Positions 38,762-49,416 are shown, numbered from the stretch's first letter. The stretch: DNA of 64,000 bases from a virus (IMGVR_UViG_3300014208_000001:37318-101317); one strand, 5' to 3'. Notes: generated by a model not told the origin, from the letters alone. Translations and numbers: made by a program.

Positions 38762-38790
38762 GTTACTCTCTTACAAGCAAAAACGATCGG

Positions 38791-39186
38791 TTAAAACCAC
38801 CAACCACTCTCATTATAACTGATTTCTGGAAATAATTTAACCAACTCATGATAATGTTCTCTAAATGATGTATACCTAACCCATTCAACAGCTAACATAG
38901 GGCGCTTTATATTCTCATTTTCTCTATAAAAATATAGTCCATAATCAGTAAATTCTAGTATTATATTAAATTTTCTAGTATTGCACAGCATAACACGAAT
39001 ATTATTATTGGAGGTTTGTGTGCGAAAATCATAAACATTCTTCCACCCAACAGGGTGATCTTCTATTTCATTAAAAACAATATTCACTAATAAAGGAACT
39101 TCAGTACGATCAAAATATGAACCACTAATAGAGACCATGCGTGTCGATTTATGCCAATAATACTGATTAATATATGTAATAGTCAT
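38791..39186 (-). CDS. Family A paralogue (divergent)
   Basis: LVNIVFNE, VEWVRYTS. Confidence 0.6.
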   Translation of the reverse strand: MTITYINQYYWHKSTRMVSISGSYFDRTEVPLLVNIVFNEIEDHPVGWKNVYDFRTQTSNNNIRVMLCNTRKFNIILEFTDYGLYFYRENENIKRPMLAVEWVRYTSFREHYHELVKLFPEISYNESGWWF

Positions 39187-39519
39187 TCATCTACACCCAT
39201 CTGCATTAGTATTTAACCCAATAAGGACCCCATCATTCCACATTGCTGTTAAATCGCACTCAAATATATCCATAATATTAATATCAAATGCGGCCAAATT
39301 AGTACCAAACCATTCGTTGAATTCATATAAATCAAATGATCCAGCTATTATTTTATTGTTTGTGTGCACGCAATACCCATTTTCTGGGAATTCTTTATCA
39401 ATAATTGGCTTTTTATTAAAAACAACCACTACTGATGTGTGTCCTCCATATACACCAATCCATACTTTCTTTTTGCTTAATTTATGTGGAAGTTTTAATG
39501 ATGCCACTATCATACACAC
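39187..39519 (-). CDS. Hypothetical protein
   Basis: 110 aa ORF. Confidence 0.6.
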   Translation of the reverse strand: MCMIVASLKLPHKLSKKKVWIGVYGGHTSVVVVFNKKPIIDKEFPENGYCVHTNNKIIAGSFDLYEFNEWFGTNLAAFDINIMDIFECDLTAMWNDGVLIGLNTNADGCR

Positions 39520-39522
39520 CCT

Positions 39523-40362
39523 TTATAAATATTGATTTTTAAACGCTCTTTTTAATTTGTCTTTGTCACTTTTACACATCGGTTGATTACGGTACATTCT
39601 GTTTTCATATTTAACTGACTTACCGGGTGCTTTATTAACGATAGCATATTTAGTAAAATCAATACTCATCACAACAGCTATGTGTGTTTTAGAACCTAAT
39701 CGTTTAAATTTAAATAATATATATGGATCAGTAGCTAAATTATTAATCAATATTTTATTATTATCAATTTCGGCTATGTATATTTTGATATCTTCAAATA
39801 GACATATTAGTTGCTCGCCTTCGCATTTATATAACCAATGTATTGGCCTTATTTTATAGTCGTCACAATCTTCTTTTGTGGCACCATTTAATTTACTAAC
39901 TCTATCATATAACGCGTATATACTTACTTTATCTTTTATGATCTCTTTAAACTCCATTTTATACTTATTGTTTAAATTTCTGATTTTAACTGTGCATCTG
40001 TGGCACAACTCATTATGTATGTCTTCTTTATATCGCAGATTTACATCAATTCGTATTGATATTCCTTTTTCAGAATTTATTAAATCATACATACTCATTG
40101 ATTGCATCGATATTTTATATCCTGAATCGATAAATATTTTATAATATGAACTAATCGCATCCTTAAAATCGTCTAAATATAGTATTTCTAATTCAAGTGA
40201 TGCTAATTTTTCTAAATCAACATCATATTTGTCAAAACATTGTGGCATATGATGAATAACACTGTATGGGTTATTTTTATAAAGATGACCATCCATGTGA
40301 TGTATTGATATATTATGTCGTATATATCGATTATACGAAAATGTAAAGTCAGACAAGTCCAT
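39523..40362 (-). CDS. Family B protein
   Basis: DSGY...SEKGISI, GATKED. Confidence 0.65.
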   Translation of the reverse strand: MDLSDFTFSYNRYIRHNISIHHMDGHLYKNNPYSVIHHMPQCFDKYDVDLEKLASLELEILYLDDFKDAISSYYKIFIDSGYKISMQSMSMYDLINSEKGISIRIDVNLRYKEDIHNELCHRCTVKIRNLNNKYKMEFKEIIKDKVSIYALYDRVSKLNGATKEDCDDYKIRPIHWLYKCEGEQLICLFEDIKIYIAEIDNNKILINNLATDPYILFKFKRLGSKTHIAVVMSIDFTKYAIVNKAPGKSVKYENRMYRNQPMCKSDKDKLKRAFKNQYL

Positions 40363-40807
40363 TTTTATCTCTATAAGATTTCAATTCTTGCAATTTGCTC
40401 ATATTATTGTACCTAATATGCATCATATAGTGTTTATAATTTGATGTATACATATATCTATCTTCATCGTATATGATGCTGTCTAAATTATCGTGTATAT
40501 AATTACAAATAAATTCTATTGTTAAATTAATGCATGAGTTGATCATATCATCAATATAGTTTAATTTGAATGTTTGTATCTTATTCGTAAATGCTCTATA
40601 AGTATTATGAAATATTTTTACTATTATTTCTTCACGTTCAACAAAGATACTACATATAAAAAGTTTATTATATTTTATTTGTATATGCGTATCATCGAGT
40701 ACACAATTAGGATCTCTATTGCTCATAATAACTTCGGTTTTATCAATTGGTAATTTGTATATTTTATCGCGTATTAATTCATATAATGCTTTTAAAAGTT
40801 CATCCAT
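40349..40807 (-). CDS. Helix-first variant related to family A
   Basis: MDELLKALYELI. Confidence 0.6.
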   Translation of the reverse strand: MDELLKALYELIRDKIYKLPIDKTEVIMSNRDPNCVLDDTHIQIKYNKLFICSIFVEREEIIVKIFHNTYRAFTNKIQTFKLNYIDDMINSCINLTIEFICNYIHDNLDSIIYDEDRYMYTSNYKHYMMHIRYNNMSKLQELKSYRDKNGLV

Positions 40808-40986
40808 TTTGGCAACAAACTGGTTTTTGTTTTAGCATATACTCTTTGCAGAGAGTTTCAAAGCCTTTATTACTCGCTACTGGCCCGATCGATGAACATG
40901 TAAATAAATCTCTTGTTTGCCCGCTGTTGATAAGTTCAAAATATAAATGTGGCAAATCTGAGAAGTATGTGATGTCCATGATTTTC

Positions 40987-42126
40987 CTAGTGGTTGAGAC
41001 AGTTACGATAATCGAATTGTGCGAAATTGGGTGTCATCAAACCGGTAAGTCCATTATATTTAATTGTTACAGTTTTACCGATCCAATGATGCTTATTTTC
41101 TAAGCATTCGATGGCTTCTTCCATTGTGCCTTTAAATACAGCATCAAAAATTTTACCATTTGGCATTTTGACACTGATGATTTTAGCTTTGCCGCTCCAG
41201 TTGCCTTTTCCGGGCAAAATATCAAGAATTTCAAATTCGTCATCATCTTCTGGTTTCATTTTTAACAAATTAACACTACGATTATGAACGTATGGTGTAT
41301 TGATATTGCGTAGCATGATACCTTCTTGGCCATCAGCGACAAATTCTTCGTATAGTGCGTTGACTTCTTCCATGGTCGTGACATCATGAGATCGCACGTA
41401 TTCAGTGAATCTATAAATTCCGATCACATTCTGATCAATCCACGCTTTACGCACACGATATGGTGTTTCTTGCATCATCTGATCATTGCCGAACCCATAT
41501 CCATCATAAATATAGAATTTGATGATCTTTTCACTCAATTCTAAATCTTCTGCTGTGATGTTTTTGGTTTTTCGGCATATACTTGAGATCATATTGAGTT
41601 GTTGCCGATAATCATAATTAAATAGTTCACCGTCCAATACAGCATTTGGGTAAACTGTGAAGAATTCTTCTAATGCTCTTGCAATATGGGGAACACTGAT
41701 ATATGGTTCATTCTCGCGTGATTTCATACTATCTTTTGTAATGACGCATCTGAATCCATTGTATTTGCATTGTACAACCCAATGCCCTGTGGATGGGTCG
41801 ACTTTTTTATGGTGCTTTGAATATTTGTGTGCGAGCATCGGTTCAATGTATTTAACAGTGTCAATATCATTAATATTTTCGTGATAATTTGTTTTTAATT
41901 GCTTAGTATATTTCGCGTTGATTTCTTTGGTGGTCTGTTCGGTGGCTGTTGTGGCGTTTTTCTTACCTGTGTTTTTGGGCTCGACTAATGTCCAATCGCT
42001 GTATACTAATTGACCATCTTGCAATCCATTAACAGTGCGATATTTATCGTCATCTTGTTCCATATGCCATACTCTGATTTTGCCTTTTGAATCACGGTGA
42101 TACAGAGTTGGATAGGTAATAGGCAT
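40987..42126 (-). CDS. lig: ATP-dependent DNA ligase
   Basis: PMLA, KYNGFRC (motif I), LDGELF, YIYD, EGIMLR, LLKMK, C-terminal OB domain. Confidence 0.93.
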   Translation of the reverse strand: MPITYPTLYHRDSKGKIRVWHMEQDDDKYRTVNGLQDGQLVYSDWTLVEPKNTGKKNATTATEQTTKEINAKYTKQLKTNYHENINDIDTVKYIEPMLAHKYSKHHKKVDPSTGHWVVQCKYNGFRCVITKDSMKSRENEPYISVPHIARALEEFFTVYPNAVLDGELFNYDYRQQLNMISSICRKTKNITAEDLELSEKIIKFYIYDGYGFGNDQMMQETPYRVRKAWIDQNVIGIYRFTEYVRSHDVTTMEEVNALYEEFVADGQEGIMLRNINTPYVHNRSVNLLKMKPEDDDEFEILDILPGKGNWSGKAKIISVKMPNGKIFDAVFKGTMEEAIECLENKHHWIGKTVTIKYNGLTGLMTPNFAQFDYRNCLNH

Positions 42127-42162
42127 TCGAAGCTTTCAGTTTGAGGTCTAGCTGACTATATT

Positions 42163-42190
42163 TATTACACCATATGTACTTTTTGTAAAG
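42163..42190. promoter_or_regulatory. Quasi-palindromic element, candidate bidirectional promoter
   Basis: TATTACA-N14-TGTAAAG between divergent ligase and ART-like gene. Confidence 0.6.
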
Positions 42191-42214
42191 TTGGCGTATT
42201 GTCAAAATTATAAT

Positions 42215-42835
42215 ATGAAATTATCATTATTATTTGAGAGCGCTAAATCTGATGTGATCATTAATGCGTTAAAATCTATAAATGTTAATATATTGGCAGA
42301 TAGTGGAAATGCAATATGGGTTGAACCATACCCTAGTCAATATGGGCAATTAAAATTCATTATTAAGAGATATGGTTGGCAGATTCATAGTCTTACAAAA
42401 TATAGGAATCGAAAAGGTGAAGATAAATTATTAGGACATATTACACCATTGCGAGGTTCTAAATATAAACATACATCTGACAAATTATACCATATTACTG
42501 ATATTTCTAATGTTGATAGTATATTAACTAATGGATTAGATTTAAAATCTGAAGCATTAGAGATGAGATTTCCAAAAAGAATTTATTTATATCCTACACT
42601 TGATATGGCTGTGAGCCGATTAAAATACGCTAGAGCTGTTAATTTTGGAGGGAAGAAAATTGACCCAGCGTTATTAGAGATAGATAATTCTGATCATAAT
42701 ATTAAATTAACAGTAGATCCTGAAGCTTTTATGGATGTCTTTGCTTCTCATTATGATGATGATGTTGATATACCAGTCTATACCACTAAAATAATACCGC
42801 CAAATAGAATTAGAATGATATACCCTGAAAATTAA
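42215..42835 (+). CDS. ADP-ribosyltransferase-fold (Tpt1/KptA-like) protein with MKLSLLFE leader
   Basis: LYHIT...NVDSILTNGL, RIYL, LLEID, VYTTKIIPP. Confidence 0.75.
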   Translation: MKLSLLFESAKSDVIINALKSINVNILADSGNAIWVEPYPSQYGQLKFIIKRYGWQIHSLTKYRNRKGEDKLLGHITPLRGSKYKHTSDKLYHITDISNVDSILTNGLDLKSEALEMRFPKRIYLYPTLDMAVSRLKYARAVNFGGKKIDPALLEIDNSDHNIKLTVDPEAFMDVFASHYDDDVDIPVYTTKIIPPNRIRMIYPEN

Positions 42836-43692
42836 TTATATGGTAATGGTCTTATTTTAAGTTCTAATTGCTCATATTCTTTAATTTGGTCTATTAAATC
42901 ATCATATGTATAATCGAATTTGTTCAATGTTATCGTATCATTAATATATTCGCCTGGATCTTTTTTCAACGTTAGGTATGATTGTATCCCAGTAGCTTTA
43001 GATACGATATATGAATTTATTCTTCCCCAGAAATCATTATCTAAGCATAAGTTTAAATTTTTAAATTTATATTGCAAGCAGCCGAGTTGAAATGCACTAG
43101 GCATAACTGACGCTATGGCTATCGCATTATAGCCATTTTTACGCATAGCTATAGCATCAAATACACCTTCAACTATGAATATTTCATCGTTTTCACTATA
43201 TAAATCATATCCATATAAAAACCATCCATAATTACTTATTGTGTATTTAACGGTAGATGCTAAAGCCAGATCAGTGGTTATATTTCTAACACATACACCA
43301 GCCAATTCACCGTTGCGATAATCAACGAATGCTGGACCATTGATTATTATGTCACCAAACACATCTAATATGTAATCTTCTGGATATAAATATAAATCGA
43401 GTTTATCTTGGTATGATAATATATTATAGTCTATACTAAGCATATTGTCATAGATTCCACGTTTTGATAGCCATTCGTAATATTCACAATTTATCAATGC
43501 ATTTTCTAGTCTGGTTAATAATTCTTTAGTTTGTGTGTTACGTTGTCTTGTGATATAGAATGCTACTTTATTATAATTAATATCAAATCTGTATAAGTCA
43601 AGTAAATACGATAATCTTATGATATTGTCTATATCAAAAGTATAATGATCTTTACAGATATTATGATTTAATATATTAGAAACTATAGCCAT
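42832..43692 (-). CDS. TOPRIM-domain DNA primase-like protein
   Basis: WLSKRGI, LYGYD, IVEGVFDAIA, LDND, KDPGE. Confidence 0.8.
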   Translation of the reverse strand: MAIVSNILNHNICKDHYTFDIDNIIRLSYLLDLYRFDINYNKVAFYITRQRNTQTKELLTRLENALINCEYYEWLSKRGIYDNMLSIDYNILSYQDKLDLYLYPEDYILDVFGDIIINGPAFVDYRNGELAGVCVRNITTDLALASTVKYTISNYGWFLYGYDLYSENDEIFIVEGVFDAIAMRKNGYNAIAIASVMPSAFQLGCLQYKFKNLNLCLDNDFWGRINSYIVSKATGIQSYLTLKKDPGEYINDTITLNKFDYTYDDLIDQIKEYEQLELKIRPLPYN

Positions 43693-44378
43693 TTAATTGT
43701 TCTATCTAACACAGATTCGAAGTATGAATTTTGTGGTATGTACCCACCTTCATTGCCCCATTGTGCTAGATCATGATCTATTGAGTCAGATGGTTCTGTT
43801 TTAGCGGGAACGTTCCGGCGCTCTGCGTTTTTACGATCTATTGTGTGAGCTTCGTTACGTCTCTGTGCATCTATCTTACATTGTTTATGTGCGTCTAATA
43901 GTTTGCTGTATGGTATATCTATTCCTAATTTTCTGGCACCGATTGCCATTTGCTTAATGAAATCGAGATCACCTGCGTAGTATGCCTCATGATAGCATTC
44001 GCTCGATATATTTTTTATCACTGTGTCACCATCGACACCCCATACTTTTTTGAGTAGATTAAATATTTCACCATTATGATTGTGCTGTAAACCATAATTC
44101 ACGACACCCCAGAATTTACTAGCCATTTCACGGCTACCATGAGATGGATGATTTTGCACTAGTTTTGTTAATCTTGCTATAGGAATTTTAGTTAGCCATA
44201 AATTCTCTGGTGTTTCTAACAGTTCGTCATCGGATATATCGGCAAATGGATCATTATTTGTTAAATTAAGCATATTCGCAACGCTTTTAAGTCCTGGGCT
44301 TAATGCTGATAATGCTCCTATACTCTTTTGTATAAATTCTCGGCGATTTATTTCTTGTAATAGTGTAGACAATTTCAT
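43683..44378 (-). CDS. Hypothetical protein with MKLSTLLQE leader followed by NRREF
   Basis: ATG 44378 after AGGAG. Confidence 0.65.
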   Translation of the reverse strand: MKLSTLLQEINRREFIQKSIGALSALSPGLKSVANMLNLTNNDPFADISDDELLETPENLWLTKIPIARLTKLVQNHPSHGSREMASKFWGVVNYGLQHNHNGEIFNLLKKVWGVDGDTVIKNISSECYHEAYYAGDLDFIKQMAIGARKLGIDIPYSKLLDAHKQCKIDAQRRNEAHTIDRKNAERRNVPAKTEPSDSIDHDLAQWGNEGGYIPQNSYFESVLDRTIKWL

Positions 44379-44467
44379 AGGTATCTCCTGAAATAAATTT
44401 GATACAAAATTCTTCGTATTTTTGTTACCACGCAAATGTAATAATACCACTTTAAAGGTCATATAAA

Positions 44468-45391
44468 TTGCGCATAGACACCCATCGACATTTTGGCGGA
44501 TCAATTCCAGCACAATTTGTATGGGAAACAATAAACAAATTAGAATTACGGCATCTAGCCGAGTCATACGATGACGTTATTAAACAAATGGTCTTCACAA
44601 ATGATGAGCCAAAATCATTTCATAGATTTCTAGACAAATTCAAAATATTAGATAGTATAACATGGACAGAAGACATAATAGACCAATCAATCAAATCAGT
44701 ATGTGGCGAATTAGAAAATGATAATATAGACTACGCAATGATGGATTTTTCGATAAATAAATATATGTCAATAGGATGGCATAAACATGAAGCGATAAAA
44801 TTTATAAAAGACAGATTTGACTATTACAGAAAAGACAAAATAGGATTAATAATAAGTATAAAATACGAGAGTATGTTAGCCAGTCAGAGACAATATTCTA
44901 AATTAATAGAAAATGGTATCGTCCATGATTCAGTTATAGGCATAGATTTAGTCGGCGACGAAGAAATGTATGACCATACTATATGGTCTGATTTATTGAA
45001 AAATTGGGTATCTTCTAATAAATTAGTTAGAGCACATGTTGGCGAATTTGGTCCAGAAGAGAATATCACAACAGCTATAAAAAATTTAAGTGTCACAAAT
45101 ATAGCACATGGCATTAAAATATCTGATAATAATTTAATACAATTGGCGATAGATAATAATATTTATTTTGATTTAGGGTTGACAAGTAATTATTTCACTG
45201 GTGTGGTAACTGACGAGCATCCTATTGCCAATATGATTAATCACGGATTAAAATTAACATTAGGTACTGATGATCCGATTATTTGTTCAACTAATTTGGA
45301 TAAAGAATACGAATTAGCCGCAAAATATGTTAGCGATACTTCTAATTTAGTTAATAATGCTATCGAACTTTATGCAAAATATAAATTATAA
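44468..45391 (+). CDS. add: Adenosine/adenine deaminase family protein
   Basis: HRHFGGS, GIDLVGDE, HVGE, IAHG, TSN, GTDDP. Confidence 0.9.
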   Translation: MRIDTHRHFGGSIPAQFVWETINKLELRHLAESYDDVIKQMVFTNDEPKSFHRFLDKFKILDSITWTEDIIDQSIKSVCGELENDNIDYAMMDFSINKYMSIGWHKHEAIKFIKDRFDYYRKDKIGLIISIKYESMLASQRQYSKLIENGIVHDSVIGIDLVGDEEMYDHTIWSDLLKNWVSSNKLVRAHVGEFGPEENITTAIKNLSVTNIAHGIKISDNNLIQLAIDNNIYFDLGLTSNYFTGVVTDEHPIANMINHGLKLTLGTDDPIICSTNLDKEYELAAKYVSDTSNLVNNAIELYAKYKL

Positions 45392-45405
45392 TTTATGCAT
45401 ATCCA

Positions 45406-45675
45406 ATGGAGTTAAAAATGGCAGATCAAGTATTCAATTATAAAAGTACATTCACCAAATTTCTTAATAAAGTAAGCATAGATGATGATGATTTATTAAA
45501 ACAGAGTTTCGTTAGTGGTATTGAACTATCTTATTGGTTAGCTACATGGCTATATGACAATGATTTTGATGTAAATTCAGAATCATGGGATAATTTACAG
45601 CTAATTAAGTCATACTTTCCTAAATTATATGATACTGTATTATATGATATTTTCAATAGAAATCATGATACTTAA
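45406..45675 (+). CDS. Hypothetical protein
   Basis: 89 aa ORF. Confidence 0.6.
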   Translation: MELKMADQVFNYKSTFTKFLNKVSIDDDDLLKQSFVSGIELSYWLATWLYDNDFDVNSESWDNLQLIKSYFPKLYDTVLYDIFNRNHDT

Positions 45676-45962
45676 CTTAATCTGCTTCTTATTACAACCC
45701 ATTTACCTTCAACCATTTTTTTCAATGTCATTGGTGCTTTATGTGCGTTTAATTCATCGAAAAATTTAGAATTCATTTCGTTTAAATTGCCTTCGTACAT
45801 TTTAGTATTGTTTATAAATATTGCAGCCATATCTGAATCATATAATATAGTTGGATCATACTTAATTGTGCTTATTGTATTCTTATGCTTGCTTTTAGCT
45901 ATGAATGCTACGAATTCATCGCGTTCAGCTTCTGTCTGAAAAGTCATTGATATTGTTTTCAT
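45672..45962 (-). CDS. Hypothetical protein
   Basis: 96 aa ORF. Confidence 0.65.
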   Translation of the reverse strand: MKTISMTFQTEAERDEFVAFIAKSKHKNTISTIKYDPTILYDSDMAAIFINNTKMYEGNLNEMNSKFFDELNAHKAPMTLKKMVEGKWVVIRSRLS

Positions 45963-46030
45963 ATTTTACCCCATTAGATTTTTGAAAATTTCTGTGAGTA
46001 TATACTTATACAACATCTAAAGGGAAAAAG

Positions 46031-46432
46031 ATGAGAGCGCGCCGTATAGAAAAGAATTCAGCGGTCAAACAACCAACTATTATTAATGAAAAATTAGACA
46101 ATTTGAGTGCTGCTGTTGCAGCACCTGAAATGTCCGCTGAAATATTGCGTACTATAAATCAACCGATAAGAACTGTAGTATACGTTGAAGTTGGAGATGC
46201 ATCACAAGAACAAATCATGAATTTACTACGTGCAGTAAATGAAGCATATAAAAGTAATGAAGGTGGTATACACTATGTAATACCAGTTAGAAATGGTAAA
46301 TTACGAACAGAAATAGAATTCGAACAAGAATTTCTAGAAACCATTAGAAAAATATGCACAATTAGAGATGGCCAAATTGTGTTTACTGATGGAATGAAAG
46401 AAACAGTTGTAATTAGAGAGAAAGCAGAATGA
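46031..46432 (+). CDS. Hypothetical protein
   Basis: VVYVEVGD...HYVIPVRNG. Confidence 0.7.
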   Translation: MRARRIEKNSAVKQPTIINEKLDNLSAAVAAPEMSAEILRTINQPIRTVVYVEVGDASQEQIMNLLRAVNEAYKSNEGGIHYVIPVRNGKLRTEIEFEQEFLETIRKICTIRDGQIVFTDGMKETVVIREKAE

Positions 46433-46707
46433 CAAAATCAGAATTAGATACACAGAAAAAAGCGCTGTACAAACAACTTGATACTTATTGGAGCAAGATA
46501 GAAGCAATTCTAATATCTAAAAATATGCGTGGTGATGACTTACGGAAAATGAGCGATACGTTACGAGCTACAGTTAGTAGTGATAGAGAAGAAGTAATAC
46601 TAAACAATTTTGGATCATTATATTTAGACAGAATATCGCCTCTTTTATATCAAGTCAATACTATTGAAAATGAATTGACAGCCCTTGGAAATATAGCTGC
46701 CAAATAA
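46429..46707 (+). CDS. Helical hypothetical protein
   Basis: ATGA overlap. Confidence 0.65.
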   Translation: MTKSELDTQKKALYKQLDTYWSKIEAILISKNMRGDDLRKMSDTLRATVSSDREEVILNNFGSLYLDRISPLLYQVNTIENELTALGNIAAK

Positions 46708-46712
46708 TGCAA

Positions 46713-47093
46713 TCAATAAGATTGCATGTGGGAACATAACCGCCAAATAGTATTTAATAAATGCTGCTTGCTGTAATCAGTAAGATTTATTATTGCACGT
46801 GGGCCAGTAGAATCGAATATACTAATTTGATTACTTATTGCTATACGATTTAATAACCTGCTAAATCTGTGTGTATACATGATGATTAACGTATCTGTTG
46901 AAGGACCATTATGGTATGTCACAGAATCAAATATTATTGAACCAATTAAATCTTCTATTATTATACAATATAATTCTGGTAATTTAGTTTTCCATGTGCA
47001 TTCGATTGTATTTAATGATCCTAATGCTACATGATCATCGCTAAAAACTACAGAAGATGGCTTAATCATATCATAATAATATTGTTTATCCAT
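46713..47093 (-). CDS. Family A paralogue
   Basis: QYYY, ELYCIIIED, INLTDY. Confidence 0.8.
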   Translation of the reverse strand: MDKQYYYDMIKPSSVVFSDDHVALGSLNTIECTWKTKLPELYCIIIEDLIGSIIFDSVTYHNGPSTDTLIIMYTHRFSRLLNRIAISNQISIFDSTGPRAIINLTDYSKQHLLNTIWRLCSHMQSY

Positions 47094-47445
47094 TTAAATT
47101 CTCCTTCAATACTTTGATCGAATATTCATGTAATGGAATATTAATTATTGTACCGGGACCAACAAATTTAATATGATCTTGTGTTATAGTTATCGACTTA
47201 TATCGACGTGATGATCCGTGTTTATACGATACCGATAATTTTACGATTGATCTGGACATAAAATATTCAGCGTATTCTATTCTTGTTCGACATTTGATAT
47301 CATGTATCATAATTGAAAATAACGGTGATATTTTACGTGGTATACCAAATACATATGATTTTTTGTATTCTATACTTTTACAAAATATTGTGACTATTCT
47401 GTGATTCTCATATATAGTACTATCGACGTAATAGTATTCACTCAT
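47086..47445 (-). CDS. Family A paralogue
   Basis: MSEYYY, LFSIMIHD, IPLHEY. Confidence 0.8.
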   Translation of the reverse strand: MSEYYYVDSTIYENHRIVTIFCKSIEYKKSYVFGIPRKISPLFSIMIHDIKCRTRIEYAEYFMSRSIVKLSVSYKHGSSRRYKSITITQDHIKFVGPGTIINIPLHEYSIKVLKENLNG

Positions 47446-47472
47446 AATGCATAAAATTGTTATTCGATCCAG

Positions 47473-47630
47473 TTAAACGAGATGATTGCTATCGCGAGCA
47501 TGTGCAGAAGAAATGAGAGCACGCATCACAACTTCAGCATTATCAGCAATGATCTTCTTACGCTCTGACAATGTAGGCTTCGGTAGTACAATTTTCTGTG
47601 GTGGGTCACTGTAATGGTCTTTTTGTCCAT
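47473..47630 (-). pseudogene. Small ORF apparently frameshifted in an A5 run (47620-47624)
   Basis: AGGAG then MDK; shifted frame reads DHYSDPPQKIVLPKPTLSERKKIIADNAEVVMRALISSAHARDSNHLV. Confidence 0.45.
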
Positions 47631-47642
47631 ACTATTCTCCTA

Positions 47643-48062
47643 TCACTTTACTGTTTCTCTTTTTAACTTTTTCATTTCTTTATAAATATTGTCAGCGAAA
47701 TCATCAATGTTAAATTCTTTATTTCTTTTTGGATTTATTTCTGGTTTGCACCACAATTCGATACCATTTAATGAGTGTCCTAATATTCCGCATGTTTTGC
47801 TATAATTTACTAAAAATCTATATGCTGAGCTTAACGATTCATTTTTATTAATTAATTCTTCACCATTAGGCCAATAATCATTGATTACAAACTTAGCAAA
47901 CCAGTATGCCCATTGTGGGCATACGTTAAAATCAGACATCATCATTTGCGTTTTATATCTATCAGCGAATTGCTCAGTGACTTGAAATGCTTGGCCTATA
48001 GTGTATGTATAATTAATATTGTTATTTTTGGCATATTTGTATAATGTTTGGTCAAATAGCAT
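47643..48062 (-). CDS. Hypothetical protein
   Basis: WAYWFAKFVI..WP.GEE.I. Confidence 0.65.
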   Translation of the reverse strand: MLFDQTLYKYAKNNNINYTYTIGQAFQVTEQFADRYKTQMMMSDFNVCPQWAYWFAKFVINDYWPNGEELINKNESLSSAYRFLVNYSKTCGILGHSLNGIELWCKPEINPKRNKEFNIDDFADNIYKEMKKLKRETVK

Positions 48063-48175
48063 TATAACACCAAAAGTACAGAGTGATTAAACCCCACATG
48101 ACGCACATCATACCAACAAATGCGCTTATGCATATTGTTGCATAAATAACGGTGTACGTAAAAATTTGTATTATA

Positions 48176-48544
48176 TTATTTATCATGTATTTCACAAAAT
48201 ACTATTGCTTGTTTAGTATCATGCTGGTCATTGTACCATTCTGTCATATTTTCTGATACTATATCAGCACATTCACTATTTGGCAAATTAGAACATCCAT
48301 ATAATTCATAATTTTTATAATCTTTAGAATATGCTATAACAGCTTTGAATGCTCTAATGTCAGTATGTTTATCACATGATATTTTATTACATCTATCGCA
48401 TATTACTTTAAACGTTAATTTATTATTTTCAATACTAACTACTGCCGATAATTTATGTATCCCTAGAAAGCACAATAATTGATAAAATGGCTCAAAATAC
48501 AGTTTGATGATTTCAATCACCTTCACGGGAGGCAATTTGGCCAT
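48176..48544 (-). CDS. Hypothetical protein with DUF1660-like Zn motif
   Basis: LCFLGIHK...CDRC. Confidence 0.6.
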   Translation of the reverse strand: MAKLPPVKVIEIIKLYFEPFYQLLCFLGIHKLSAVVSIENNKLTFKVICDRCNKISCDKHTDIRAFKAVIAYSKDYKNYELYGCSNLPNSECADIVSENMTEWYNDQHDTKQAIVFCEIHDK

Positions 48545-48546
48545 GT

Positions 48547-49416
48547 TTACTTTCTCAGTAAGAATGTGGCTTTCTTTTTCCTAATAATCAAATCAACTTT
48601 AGGGAGAGAAACTCTAGTAGATGCACCAAGCGTTAACAATACATCAATCGCGTCCCAGTGTCTCTTAGCAAATTTTGATGTGTCATATTTAGATTTAACA
48701 TACCTAATCATGTTATATTTATTTAATTTATTACCAGCATATTTAACGCAATCGATAACATCACAATCGATAAAATCACTTGACAAATTATCAATAATAT
48801 TCGAAACCTCGAGCATATTAGAAGAAAAATTCACCAAATTACAAACCACGTCACGGTTCATAATAGATGATGCTAATGGCAATAATTGACGTCTGATAGC
48901 GTTACGAGTATAGATATCAGTATTATTTGTCTCATCGATAATATGATCTTGTTCAATCGACGCTAAGTATTTTACAATCTCATACTTACGCAAATTCAAT
49001 AATGGCCGATAAAAATTAAGGGTTTTACCATTATGAGTGATATTAACTTTTTCTTTAAGACTACAACACCCATTGATCCCAGATCCACGAAGGATATTAA
49101 ACATTACTGTTTCTGCAACATCATCCATATTATGTGCCGTGTGCAAAATATTATTACTATGATTAGTGGCTAATATATTCAAACGTGCTTCTCGTGCGTC
49201 GCATTCTGAAGCTGCTGGCCCGAGATTCAAATGATAAATAGTGAGTTTGATACCGTATTTTTCACACAAATCAGTAACGAATTTGGCGTCAAGATATGAA
49301 TTCTCTCTAATACCATGATCAAAATGTACAACTTCAAATGAGATGTTATTCTCAATTGCTTTACGCAACATTGCGACTGAGTCTGACCCGCCAGATACTA
49401 ATAATACATTAAACAT
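48547..49416 (-). CDS. tilS: tRNA(Ile)-lysidine synthase (short form)
   Basis: PP-loop SGGSDS, HFDHGIR, AREAR, TAHNMDDVAET, RGSG, RPLL, DETN, RNAIR. Confidence 0.92.
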   Translation of the reverse strand: MFNVLLVSGGSDSVAMLRKAIENNISFEVVHFDHGIRENSYLDAKFVTDLCEKYGIKLTIYHLNLGPAASECDAREARLNILATNHSNNILHTAHNMDDVAETVMFNILRGSGINGCCSLKEKVNITHNGKTLNFYRPLLNLRKYEIVKYLASIEQDHIIDETNNTDIYTRNAIRRQLLPLASSIMNRDVVCNLVNFSSNMLEVSNIIDNLSSDFIDCDVIDCVKYAGNKLNKYNMIRYVKSKYDTSKFAKRHWDAIDVLLTLGASTRVSLPKVDLIIRKKKATFLLRK

